64,000 nucleotides of DNA. Source: Vicugna vicugna (Eukaryota). The DNA lies in contig MU058423.1 of assembly GCA_013265495.1 (NCBI GenBank), positions 2,991,061 to 3,055,060 of the forward strand, written 5' to 3'. The notes under the pieces were generated by a model. The model had not been told where the DNA came from, searched no databases, and saw only the letters and a program-made list of their open reading frames with translations. Below are positions 23,881 to 36,189 of the stretch, one piece after another (position 1 is the first letter of the stretch; the number at the start of each line of letters is the position of its first letter). The position numbers and the translations under genes are program-made.

Positions 23881-24039
23881 GCCTTCTCCTTGTCTTACCT
23901 GAATCTTCATATATCATACTGACCAAGATCTGTTCTCCTAATTCTTTTTTCTTTTTAGTTTTTGCTAATAGAACACAGTTTCAAAGCATTCACTTCTATT
24001 TGTTTGTGTCTCTACAGACCCTTTAACCAAATACAGTTT

Positions 24040-24650
24040 ACATACTTCCCTAAATTTTACCTTTTCCACCAAGTATATTTCCCTACTGAGAATTCTCCCC
24101 ATCAAAATGTAAATGACAGAGTATCTTCCTCAAACATGTAAGGAAAAATATTAAGTTTACAGTGGAGAATCTTGGCAGACATTACTTTAGCCAAGTGATT
24201 AAAGTTAACATCACCAGTAATATATGTTGACATTATGTACCCCTGATACTGTGCATTAAGTAGTACATCATCTCTGTGGTACCCTTTCTAATCATAAGAA
24301 AACATCAAACACAAATTGAAGACCATTCTACAAGATAACTGACCTGTATTCTTCAGAAGTGTCAAGGTTATGAAAGACAAGGAATATCTGAAGAACTGTC
24401 ACAGAATAGAGGAAACTAAGGAGGCATGACAACTAAATAGTGGGGGATCCTGGACCAGAAAAGGGACATTAGTGGGAAAACTGGTACAATCTGAGTATGT
24501 TCTGTATTTGTACCAGTATTAATTTCTTAGTTTTGAGAAATGTCTTTAGTTATGTAAGATGTTAACATAAGGGGAAACGATATAGGGATTTGGGAACGCC
24601 ATACTATTTTTGGAGCTCTTTTCTAAATCTGAAGTTATCTTAAAAAAAAA
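24040..24650 (+). mobile_element. Old L1 (L1MC/MD-like) 3' end fragment
   Basis: Recalled motifs (ggggatcctggaccagaaaagggacattagtggg; tgtaagatgttaacat) and terminal A-tract. Confidence 0.65.
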
Positions 24651-25294
24651 AAGAGACAAAAATAATTTTAGAATCCAAGAAAGAGAGAGGGGAGGAAATA
24701 CTGGCTCCTGTTTTTGTTCTCTCCCTCCTATATCTGGACCTGAGGGCGCTTGCCAGAATGAACCCTAGGGATACTTCTCTGTCCCGTGCTGGCTTCCAAG
24801 TCACCACTTTGTTTTCTTCCATAGGCTGGTCTACTTTCTTCCTAGATCTACCTGTTTTTGCTTCTCCTAAATAGGAAATTATTCCCAATGTACTCATTCT
24901 TGCCTTTAGAAGTGTTCTAGGAGTTCCTTCCTTTTTTTTTTTAAATGTAGAACTTACATACAATAAATTGTACTAGTTTTCAGTGAATGGCTTGATGAAT
25001 TTTCATGCATACATACACATGTAACCAACAGTCAGATCAAGATACAAAACATTTCTAACATATGACAGAGTTTCTCAGTATTTATATACCTCTTTGAGAA
25101 TCTGATAAGAGTTGATTCTTCTTCTCAGAAAAATGCGCACACACAAGTAATGTATAAAATTTTTGCATGGAATTTCAGAAGGGTTCCAGAACTCCTCAAA
25201 ACTTGTCCATGGACTAGCTGGGAGTTTATAGGCCATAGGTTAAGAATCTATATGGATCCTATCAGCCCTAAATTACCAAGAAGCGTAATACTGT

Positions 25295-25515
25295 TGTGGG
25301 TAGGAATATAGACTCTGGGACCAGATCATCTGGGTTCAAATTCAGGTTCCATCTCACTGTGTGACTTTGGGTAAATCACTTAACTCTGCTTCAATTTTCT
25401 GTGTACAGTGGGGATAATGATAGTTTCTACTTTAAAGGATTGTAGTGAGGATTAAATGAGCTTAAGACAGTGCCTGGCATGTAGTAAGGGCTATACAAGT
25501 TTTAGCTATTAGCAG
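25295..25515. mobile_element. MIR SINE
   Basis: MIR core: tgggttcaaat...tgtgactttgggtaaatcacttaac...gtgaggattaaatgag. Confidence 0.75.
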
Positions 25516-25774
25516 TTATTTTTATTACTCTCTATTAGACTTTCCCTCTCTTTTGCATTTTCTGTGGCTCCTTCAGATGAAGCCTGAAGGGCTTTGCTGG
25601 CAGTTGCTTTGATCCAGGGAATGAAATGTCAAGATTCTGTATAGTAAGCCTTTTGCTTTCTTCTTTTGATTACCCTGTGCTTCCTAGAAGGTAATTGGAG
25701 TACTTTGTCTCATGTTTGGTAGTATCAGAAAGATTTTCACCTTTTTTCCAGTGCCCCACTGCCCCACCCCCACC

Positions 25775-25776
<2 letters not shown>

Positions 25777-25813
<37 letters not shown>

Positions 25814-25828
25814 AGAGAGAGAAAGAGA
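25777..25828. repeat. (GA)n microsatellite
   Basis: Direct observation. Confidence 0.9.
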
Positions 25829-26197
25829 AAACTCACCCAGTAGAGGCTAAACCATTCATTGCTACTCATCCTGTCCCTGCCATGAAGTTTCCTACTTAAA
25901 GGTATTCTGGGGTTGTTGGTGAGTAGATAATAGAGATTAGTGAGGGAATATTGATGTCAGGGTTCAGTAGCTGGGAGGGAAGGGGATTTCCTACCTAGGG
26001 AAGGCTAGGTAGAAACAGTTGGTTATGAGCAGTGGCTAAAACCTTTTACGCCAAAATCCATACTTGGCGATAGTAAGTACAATGTAAATACACTTTGGTA
26101 CTAATATTTTCTAACTTGGCTTAATTGTAATTTGAAAAAAGTATTGGTCAAATTGTCAGATTTGTTGAAGTAAACAAAAATGGTTGTTCTTTTACAG

Positions 26198-26295
26198 TAC
26201 GATGTATGATGTATGGGTTTGGGGATGACCAGAATCCTTACACTGAGTCAGTGGATATTCTTGAAGACCTTGTCATAGAGTTCATCACTGAAATG
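26198..26295 (+). CDS. TAF13: TAF13 exon 3 (LRCMMYGFGDDQNPYTESVDILEDLVIEFITEM)
   Basis: tttacag acceptor, ATG|gtaagt donor; histone-fold MYGFGD motif. Confidence 0.96.
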
Positions 26296-27767
26296 GTAAG
26301 TTTTTTTGTAATTGGTCTTAGTTAATTGAGGAATAGATCTGAAATTCTAACTTTTGGATAAGACTACAACTATGGCATTCTTTTTAAATAAGCTATCCAT
26401 TTGAGTGCCTGTTTTGCCAATATTACTGGTTACTATTTATCATTAAGGTTGGAGAGAGAGAGATATACATAAACACACACATATACACACACACAATATA
26501 CTCTGTCCCTTCCTCTGAATTTTATTTAGAAGGACATAATTATAAGATCCTTGAATAAAATTTAAAATATTACTTATAATCCCATCATCCAACATAAATT
26601 TCCCCCTTCCAGTATTTTTATAAAGATATGTAGTGTTTTCAGTAGTGTTCATCATAGTAAACATTCTTTTTACTCAGTTTTATATTACATATTTCCTGTG
26701 TTCTAATTACAATTATTTTAATAGCCACATAAACTTTATTTAAATTATTTTCTAATATATGTAACCATTTCCCTGGTTTTTTTTTAACTGGATAGACAAG
26801 TTTGAATGACCATATTTATGAAATTTCCACCTTCTTTGGATACGTTCACAGGGATGGGGGTTCTGAGTTTGGTTGTGTTAAGTTCTTAGGAATTTTTATC
26901 CTGGATTTTAGATTATTTCCTTCGTACAGAAAAATAGAAATGAAGTTACTGAGTCAGAGAGTGTGCATTTTTAAAAATCTTTTTCTGCTTATGAAAGTAA
27001 TATTGATTAAATTTAGAAAGTATTAAAAAGTGTAGGAAAAAAATAAAAATCTGTAATCCTTCCATTAATGCTAAGATTTTGGTGAATATCTTTTTGTCTT
27101 TTTGCATATATTTTCAAACTTTATAAAATTGAAATCATATAGTATATAGAGTCATGGAACCTGCTTTTTTCACTTAGGTAAGTCCACAGCATTTTCCCTG
27201 TATCATTGAATACTCTGATGCTTTTGATGGGTTCATAATATTAGCTGACTAGATGTACTCAAATTTGTTTGTCCAATGTCTTATTAAGTATTTAGTTTCC
27301 CTTTTTAGTTATTAGAAATAATGCTATGATGAACCTTTGTTTTTGCACAGTATGAGTATATAATGATAAGGGATGATATTTGATTTAAGGAAACTCTCCA
27401 ATATTTATCAGCTGCTGAGATGGACACAAAGTTTAAATGAAGTGGTTGGTTACAAAACTTATGATATTATTTTATACAAACAGAGACAGAAATTGCATAT
27501 ATCAAAACACAATAAAGAAACACCAATGAATTTGATAGTTTTAATGTCCTTAATATTTAAAAATATCTATAAAGCACTGAAACTTTGCTAATAACAGTAG
27601 AAAGTGGACAAAAGACATTAATAGAAAGACAGTTCACAAATGAATAGCTATACTAGGTCAGAAAAGAAAATCTACAAACTCACCAGCATTAAATAAATGC
27701 AAATTAAAAGGATAAAATATTAGACTTTTAAAAAATTAATTGAATTTAATACATTTCTCTGTAATAG

Positions 27768-27938
27768 ACTCACAAGGCAATGTCTATTGGAAGACAAGGT
27801 CGTGTACAAGTTGAAGATATCGTCTTTTTGATTCGAAAGGATCCAAGAAAGTTTGCTAGGGTTAAAGACTTGCTTACTATGAATGAAGAATTGAAACGAG
27901 CTAGAAAAGCATTTGATGAAGCAAACTATGGATCTTGA
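27768..27938 (+). CDS. TAF13: TAF13 exon 4 (THKAMSIGRQGRVQVEDIVFLIRKDPRKFARVKDLLTMNEELKRARKAFDEANYGS*)
   Basis: aatag acceptor, TGA stop; four exons total 375 nt = 124 aa + stop. Confidence 0.96.
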   Translation, partial: THKAMSIGRQGRVQVEDIVFLIRKDPRKFARVKDLLTMNEELKRARKAFDEANYGS

Positions 27939-29024
27939 TACCTTTTATACTTTCTGAAGCTTCATTGTCTTCTGGGGAAATCACATTTAATAACTGTATT
28001 TTTCACAGTAAGGTCCCGATATCTAGCCACGTGAATGAAAGATGGAGAACCACAAAGTTTTCAGTCTTTATTTTCATGTCTTTGATTTTAGAGTGATATT
28101 TGAGCCTTTAATTGCCTGCCATTATATACCATACTTGAATTACTTATTGGATTTTAATGACTACACGTCTGTCAAAGTACCTTGCAAACCATTCAGTTCC
28201 TTCTGACTTTTGACAATGTAAATGAAGCAGTGTTTATATATTAGGTGTATTTGTGCCATTGTAGGCTGTACTGTAGCTGTTTAATACTTGAAATTTAAAA
28301 GGCACCTTTGACTTCATGATCACTCATAAAGATGTGTTTTATGTATTCTAAAGTTTTTAGACTACAGTAGTCTGAGAAGTTATAAAAAGGTAGTGAACTG
28401 ATTTGTGTTTCTTTTAAAGAGAAAATGATATAAGAAAATACAGCCTTTTGTCAGAGTGTTTATTTGTCTTAAGATAATTTGTTTTAATATTCTTTAGATA
28501 ACAAGAGTGATTTTTAAAAATTTTATTTTTTGAGAAACTGAAAGTTTTATGTGACTGCTTTTGTGTTGGAAGGCTTATTTGATTTAAAACCTTTTGGGCT
28601 TATAATATACTATTTGTCAAGTTTTAAGAGAACTCATTTTCCTAGGTCCAGATTAAAGCTTTGAATAGTAAGTGCTTTCTGTAGCAAGAATGGCATGGCT
28701 GAAAAAGCTGATGGCAGGATAAGCATTTGCATTAATGTTTTATTAACATATTTGTTAGTACTTGTTCACTGTGGAAATGTGTTCCTGACCAAAACCATAT
28801 GTTGCTATGGAAACCACTTTTGTAGTTCAGGATATACAGGTTTTGTGTGTATTTAGCTTATTGTATTATTCTTGCACTTAGCTTAAAGAAATGATTAAAA
28901 TTGTGTTTAAAGGGATCATTGAATATTACTCTTTGTGAAACTGAATGTTTTGTGTGCTGCTTTGAACATTATCTATGAATCAGTACTTAGGAAAATTTTA
29001 CTTTCTTAACCTATCAATATAAGG

Positions 29025-29030
29025 AATAAA
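29025..29030 (+). terminator. Candidate TAF13 polyadenylation signal AATAAA
   Basis: Canonical hexamer about 1.1 kb after the stop; ATTAAA alternatives upstream. Confidence 0.4.
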
Positions 29031-29369
29031 GTATGAAAAATTAAAAAAGATGAATACTTGAATTTGACTATGTGATTTATCAGCTTTTCTCCCCCGTACT
29101 GGTAATAGAACTCTAGCTGCTTAATTTCACTAAAAACTTTTTTTCTATATTATTCTTGTAATATTCCTGAATTAATAATGGGATTCAAGATAGCTGGGCT
29201 GATATTTTTGTCATTTAAAAAAGCAAAAACCAATTAAGAAGCTACTTTAGTCTAAACTGAAATCAAGAATGAGAGTGGAATAATAAAAGATGACTCCATT
29301 ACTATTTTTGGTATTCAAGGTCTACTTCACCCTGTTAGTAACTTGTACTAAGGGACTTATACTGGGTGC

Positions 29370-29711
29370 CTATCATAGGCAGCTTAGACCGCCATAACAA
29401 AATGTCAGACTGGGTGGCTTGAACAACAGAAATTTATTATCTCACAGTTCTGGAGACTGAAAGTGTGAGATCAGGGTGCCAGCATGGTCAGGTTCTGATG
29501 AGGACTCTTCCCGGATTGCAGATAGCTGCCCTCTCACTGCGCCCTCACATGGCTGAGAGAGACCTCTGGAGTTTTTCCCTATAAGGCCACCAGTTCTGTC
29601 AGATAAGAGTTCCACCTTTATGACCTCATTTAACATTAATAAATCACCTTAAAAGCCCTCTCTCCAATATCCTCAGACCGGGGTTAGGGGGACACAGTTT
29701 AGCTTATAGCA
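29370..29711 (-). mobile_element. MaLR LTR (MLT1A/B-like)
   Basis: aacaacagaaatttattatctcacagttctggag...gtgccagcatggtcaggttctg motifs. Confidence 0.75.
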
Positions 29712-30334
29712 GTGCCATTAGTTTAATGACCCTGGCATTAAGAAGTTTTTTTATGGGATTTTCTATTAAGAGTTATTTTAGGTTGCAAATGCTAGAACTT
29801 AACTCAAAAATAGTGTAAGCAAATTAAACAAAAAGAAAAGAATATACTGGCGGCTTATCAAACTGAAACAAGAGAAAGAAGGGATGGAGTTGACTCCAGG
29901 GTTGACTGGATCTAAAAACTTGAAAGGAATCAAGACTCTGTCCATTTTTATCCTAATACTGGTTTTACTTTCTTAGGAGCCTCAGTGTGTCAAAGGAATA
30001 TGATGGCCAGCAGTTCTAGGAGTCCATCCATACAACTCCTGATCAAGGGAGTTCCTTCGCTTCCTAATACGGAAGATTCCAAGCAAGGAGTGTGATTGTC
30101 CTGGCTCTGGTCATTATTCTTGGGCCAATCATTGTGGCCAGGAAGAAGCTGTATTATAGCCTGGTTCTTATGCCCCACCTCTGTGGTGAAGAAGGGCTTG
30201 GAGTGGGGCTGGGAGCTGAGTACTGCTGTTACCAAGAAAAGGAAAGAGAAGTTGGGCAGATAGAAACAACAGTTGTGCACTGACTTGATTCATGAGCTTA
30301 CTTATTAACTGAATTCTAACAGTGAGGCAGCATG

Positions 30335-30545
30335 GCTCTCCAGAGTTGCACTGTGTAATATGATAGCCACTAACCACATGGGGGCTATTTAAATACAGTC
30401 AATTAAAATAAAATTGAAATTAAAATTCCTCAGTTGCACTACCTATGTTTCAAGTGCCAAATAGCCCATGGCTAGTGGCTACTGCACTGAACATTGCTAA
30501 TACATTTCCATTAACACAATATTCTTTTGGACAGTGCTGATCTAT
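30335..30545. mobile_element. MER3/MER33-like hAT DNA transposon
   Basis: tagccactaaccacatg...gctagtggctact...ttggacagtgctg quasi-palindromic structure. Confidence 0.65.
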
Positions 30546-30877
30546 AGTGTTCACGTGTACTCTCCTAAATTAATTCACTTTTTTAAAACTTATGAAAAAT
30601 CTCAAGTATACACAGTAATAAAATAGCATCATGAGTTCCCAGCTTCAACAGTTAACCTTTTGCTTAATTTAATGTCTTACCTACTGGGAGGGGCAGTATT
30701 ATTTTAAAGCAAATCTCAGGTATCATTGTATCATTCAGTATGTATCTCTAAGAAGAAAAAAAAAATCTCAAATACTAATATCATACCATAACAAATTAAC
30801 ACTAATTTCTCAATATTCCATTTAACACCCAACCCCTATTTAAATCTCCTGATTTGTCTCAAAATATCTTTGAGTTT

Positions 30878-31379
30878 GTCTATTAGTTTCCTATTGCTGC
30901 TATTACAAGTTACTGCAAGTTTAGTGACTTAACACAAATTCATTATCTTACCAGCTTTCCAGGTCAGAAGTTTTAGCCTCACTGGGCTAAAATTCAAGGT
31001 ACCGATAGGGCTGCGTTCCTTTCCGTATGTTCTGGATGTTCTAGAAGAGAATCTGTTTACTTGCATCTTCCTGCTTCTTAGAAGTTGCATTCCTTGGCTC
31101 ATGGTCCCCTTCCATCTTCAAAGCTAGCAACATTGCATCTCTCTAAGTCTTCTTCCAAAGTCATAGCTTCCCCTAACCCCCAGCTGGGAAAGTTTCTCTG
31201 CTTTTAAGGGCCTATGTGATTATATTGGATGCACTTGGATAGCCCAGGATACGCTCCCCATTTTAAGGTCCTTTATTTAATCACACGTCGAAGTCTCTTT
31301 TACCGTGTAAGGTAACATTCACAGGTTCTGAGGATTAGGACATGGAGATCTTTTGGGGGCTGTTTTCCTGCCTCCCACA
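30878..31379 (-). mobile_element. MaLR LTR (MLT1C/D-like)
   Basis: tattagtttcctattgctgct start; aaggtaacattcacaggttctgaggattaggacatgg near the end. Confidence 0.75.
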
Positions 31380-33264
31380 GTTCGTTTGCAACAGAATCTA
31401 AACAAGGTGTCACCTATTGCATTTGGTTGGTATGTCTAAATTTCTTTTGATCTATAGTAGCTCCCTTTATTTTGTTTGAAGTGAAGTTCTCTTTAAAAAA
31501 TTCATGCCTTTTATTTTTTTAGCATGTTTATTTGTTGCTCAAGCAGAGTGTCTAATAGATATCTATGACTCACTTGAAATTGTTGGTTTTACTGAATTTA
31601 AACTGGTTTTCTTAAGTAAAAACTGTAATATTAATTCTAACTAGAAATTTTAAAATGGGGGAAATAGTTCACTTGGCCTCTCATTAATGAGGGCAGTGTT
31701 GTCTGGAGAGTCATTTGGCTGCTTCCCAAGAGGACTCGGGAGGTTGCATTACTTGGGAGAATATATTGTAGTTCACAGTTTGATTTGCAGTATTACAGGC
31801 TCAGAAACCAATTTCATCCGGAAATGGAGAGCACATCCATCTCTTGGGATGGACTCAGACTCAGAGAAACCAAGTTCGTAAGACCATTGTATGAAAAAGG
31901 ATGCCAGTTTACAGATGTTAAGTGAAACTTGCATCTGCATGGCCAGCAAATTCTTCTCTTCTCTAGGCAGTCATGTGGGGAAACTGAAATATAATTATTA
32001 GACTGAACCAGAATTTGGGGAGTTAGATGAGTGCATTGCCTAGAGCATCAGGTAAGATGAGGATAGGGCTGATACAGAAACAGGAAAAATGGCTCTCCAG
32101 GGCCTGAAGCAAAGCAGAGGGGTGTCTTGCCTGGGGATCTACTTTCAAGACTGCCTTATTACTGACACTAGAAACTTGGCTTGAGTTTTCATTTCCATTG
32201 ACAATACCCATCCAAGCATTTTCTGTTTGTGAGCTTTAGGTTGACTTTCCATATTTCTACTCTAATTCATTTAAATGTTGATCTCAGAGGTAGTTCAAAT
32301 AGGGCAATTGTTTTTCTAAGTTCTTAAGAGAAGTCTCATAGTTGCTCATAAGAGCTGACAACACTGAGCATTGTGCCTGAAAATCAAGATCTTTTCAAGA
32401 GCCATTCCTGTATCCCAGAACATTCCCAATTCTCTAGACCTGATTTTCTGAGGTTCCCTCTGCTTCCCTTCTTGCCACAAATAGAGACTGGGGGGGTGGA
32501 AAACCAGTGATCACGGTGTAAATGCATCGTTGAGGTTTCTGCTTTTCCTGGGTCCTGGTAAATAGCTACAGGAGCTAGTCAGACTGCTATGTTATGGGAT
32601 AGGATCAAGGAAAAGGTTTTGATATATCAGATGAGTATTTATTGAGGACCTATTGTACTTTAGGCATAGCACAGATACCATTTTGCTATATAGTATCTAG
32701 ATAAATAGGATTCTAAATTTACAGAAATAAAGGAGCAGATTTCTTATATGTTACCACTAGATTGATAAGAGTTTCAGTCTGAACTTTTGTATGAAATCTC
32801 AATTCGTATTTTATTTGTACTGCTGAGACTTTAATGCCCAGGCTTGCTTTATTATATTTACACAGAAAGCCTGGTAAACTGTTATGAAATCCTTGGGTGT
32901 ATTCTTTTAGGATAGGAAGAACAATTGCTAAAACAAATCATTTTGTCATTTGGCCTTTGCATGGCCATTTTAGATAAATAAATAAAAATTTATTAGGAAA
33001 GAGCCTGCTTAGTTACTGACCAAACTCTAAAAGAAATGCTAATACTACACTTAATTTTTCTGAAACTGGATTTTTATAAGTATTTTGGGGGCACATGAAC
33101 TTATAATAAGACATTTACCTTGACTTTATTTTGGTGAATCTTTGTGCTTTTCTTCCATTTTTATAGCAAGTTCTACTAAAAATGGTCTCAAGCTTATTGC
33201 TAGAAACCTATTAACTTTATCCTAAAACACCCATCTGAAATTATGATGCTTACTGTGCTTTATG

Positions 33265-33833
33265 TGTGGTAGGGGAGCAAAATTTGCCACCCTAAAATGT
33301 GTCTCTTTGGTATAAGCATTGTTTTAGGCCAACTATTTTCAAGAAACAAAAGACTCAGGACATTCCCTCCCCCAACCCCGCCCTCCCCCGCCCCACCCCG
33401 CCCTGTAACTGCTTAAAAGAATTTAGGTAAGGGGCTTGGTCCAGGAAGAGCACTATTACCAGAGATCTCTGCACAGAATCTGGGCTTAGTGTGGTAGAGG
33501 GAACTCAGCAGGGCCTGGAAACCAAAGTCCTCTCTGTGTCCCACTGTCTCTGCATGGCCCAGCAACATTTGTTTACCAAACATTTTTTCATCTTTCTATA
33601 AATTGTTTTTTTCCCTTTCAAAGTGTCAAACCTGTACCCCTTCTTCTCTCAGATGGCATATAAGCCTCAATTGTCTAGCTTGTTTTGGGGCCTCATATTC
33701 TTAAGGAGCCCCCATACGTGGGTAATTACATTTGTTTTTTTCTCCTGTTAATCTGTTTTGTGTCAGTTTTTAATTATTAGACCAGCCAAAAGAACTCAAG
33801 AATGGGAGGGAGGAAATTTCCTTCTTCCTGACA
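33265..33833 (+). mobile_element. ERV1-class solo LTR (MER34/MER39-like)
   Basis: TG...CA ends, aaatttgccaccctaaaatgtgtctctttgg motif, tatataag-like TATA region, imperfect 4-bp TSD. Confidence 0.65.
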
Positions 33834-36189
33834 TATTACTAACATTTCCTAACATATACTTTCTACTTAAAAAAAATTGTTTTTTGAAGTATATCAATGA
33901 CTTAATTAAAATAGATTAAATATTTATTTTTTCAAAACAAATATTCTATTTTTGTTTTCAATATAATATCCAGATATTTATGTAATATAAGTAAAAGCAC
34001 ATCTTTTTAATGTTGAAATAAATTTTTTTTTATTAGGTTCAACCATCCACATGTAATTTAAACTTTTATTTAGGGGTGTAGGTAGGAGCTCTGGTAGACC
34101 TGGTTTTTTACCTTCATAATCCTTGAACCTGTTTAAAGGAGAAGCAGCAGTGGTGATACTTTGTTCTCCCAGAGCCAGGGCACTGCTGGCTCTGATGCAC
34201 ACAGCTCTTCGGTGTGTGTATTTATGAGTGTGCATTTTAATAATGAGAATGAAGCTTTTAAAACAAATTCTCTTAAACCCACTGATCTTCCCCTGAACAG
34301 CTTGGGGCAAGATATCTTAATTTAGGTTTGTACTCAGATTCCTTTTTACTTTTGAGCAAAAACCAAAAACTTTTATTCTCCCTTTTAGAAATGAGATTTG
34401 AGAATCAGATTAAATGGGGTCCACCTTAGCCTATAGGCTTATTTGAGTCACAAGTCAACATGAATCATTCTGTCAAGTTAGAACCTGCATTTTCAAATGA
34501 TGCCTAACCTAGTTTACTGATCCAAAGGAGGCACTCTTAAATATATGGTGAATGATTGAGGCAGTTACCTCAGGATCTAAGGACAGTCCTTCCTCCAAGA
34601 AAGCCTTGCCCTTTCTGAACAATTCACTGCTTTGCAGCAACTAGAGTGAAAGACAAGAAGATCTAATCTTAACCAGTGTGGCTGAGTACAGAAGGAAAGA
34701 TAAAGCCTTAATAGGCTAACAGCTATTAAGTTTGTAGTGTAAAACTTGATGTTACATTAGGAAGCAAATATACAATGCATTTATCAGTGTACAAGTGATT
34801 CAGATGTATCAGATGCCTTGTTCTCTTTCTCCTCCCATCCCCTTTTGCTGAAAATAAGCATCTGCTTCCAGTTATTCTGATCATAATTTATTGAAAACTT
34901 GATGCAGATAACACTATACCCTAGGTATGGGGGACATAGACATGAATAAGACCTCTTATTCCCTCTACCTTGTCAGAATAAAGTCCATTTTCTTCAAGCT
35001 AAAGTTTCCAGTTGTTACACAATGAGGTAGAGGAGAGAAACGTTTTTAAGGTTCAGAATGGTTAGAATCTTGGCTCTGTGAGTTATTTCCCTTAATCTCT
35101 AAAATGGTTATAAGTAACAGGCACTTTAAGGAAGATTGTGAGGCTTAAATGGGAACATAGGCCAAACACTTCGTTTTGTGCTTAATGGATACCAAAACAA
35201 ATCTAGTACCAGAAGGGCAGGTTCTTCCTTTTTGATAGCACTCTTCCCCTTTTTGGTGGTCAAATGTTTTTTGGATTGTCTCTGATTAGAATCTCTTTCC
35301 AGACGCAGTTGAAGATTTAATTATTTAAATGGTGCTAGCTCTTGGCAACTGCTATTGTTTGAGACTCGAGACAGAATCAGGTTCTCAGGTAAGTTACTGG
35401 TAAAACAATCTATAGGCTATTTCCAGGATATATCTGCCCATGTCTTCATTTTATACATTCTGTAAAGTTTTTGTTGTTGTTGCTGTTGTTTTTAATATCA
35501 AGACCCTGGGTAACATTAACTGGTGTTTATGTTTATTTTTCTGTCATTTATCCCTGAGAGGGGCTCTTAAGACTCTTTCACGAGTTAATCAGGACCAGGC
35601 AATTGAAGTTTTGCAGTTAAGCTTCTGTGCTTAAATTGTTTTCCATTAATTTGTAAAATTTTTTTCTTAGAACCCTTTCCTTAAGCTATCGCTTCTTTTA
35701 TCTTGAATTGGATCAAATTCTTCCTTTCTAGAAATGTTTTTGATGTTTATTACCAGTCTCTCCTGCCACATTTCCCTCACTTTGGCAGGCCCAGCTCACC
35801 CTCACCCTTTAGCTTTTATGAGAACGAGGTTCTTACAGGTTCGTGTCCTGTGTTCTTTCCTTAGCCCTACATGGTTATAACCCTGCTTAATTCAGCTCGG
35901 TATTTGTGGAATACCACTGCACCGATGGGGTGGGAAGTAGTGAGGTTTGCTGCCAAGGGCCTGGCAACCAAAACAGGTATTAAAAAAACAGTGAGTATGT
36001 TAAGCGTTAAGCAACAACAAAAAATGCTTCAAAGCAGATCAGCATTACAAAAGGAGAATCAAGAAGGGGGCAATTAAACTGTTGGAGATTTCAGGAAGGA
36101 AGTGGGGCCTGGGAAAGCAGAGGAGAATGCGGCGAGATTTATTTCATTATCCTTTATTAATAGATTATATCAGGGAGGAGTCTTGAGAG

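Noticed and set aside
34170..34194. 9-bp perfect hairpin CAGAGCCAG/CTGGCTCTG
   Set aside because: Too short for a pre-miRNA; plausible by chance in 64 kb
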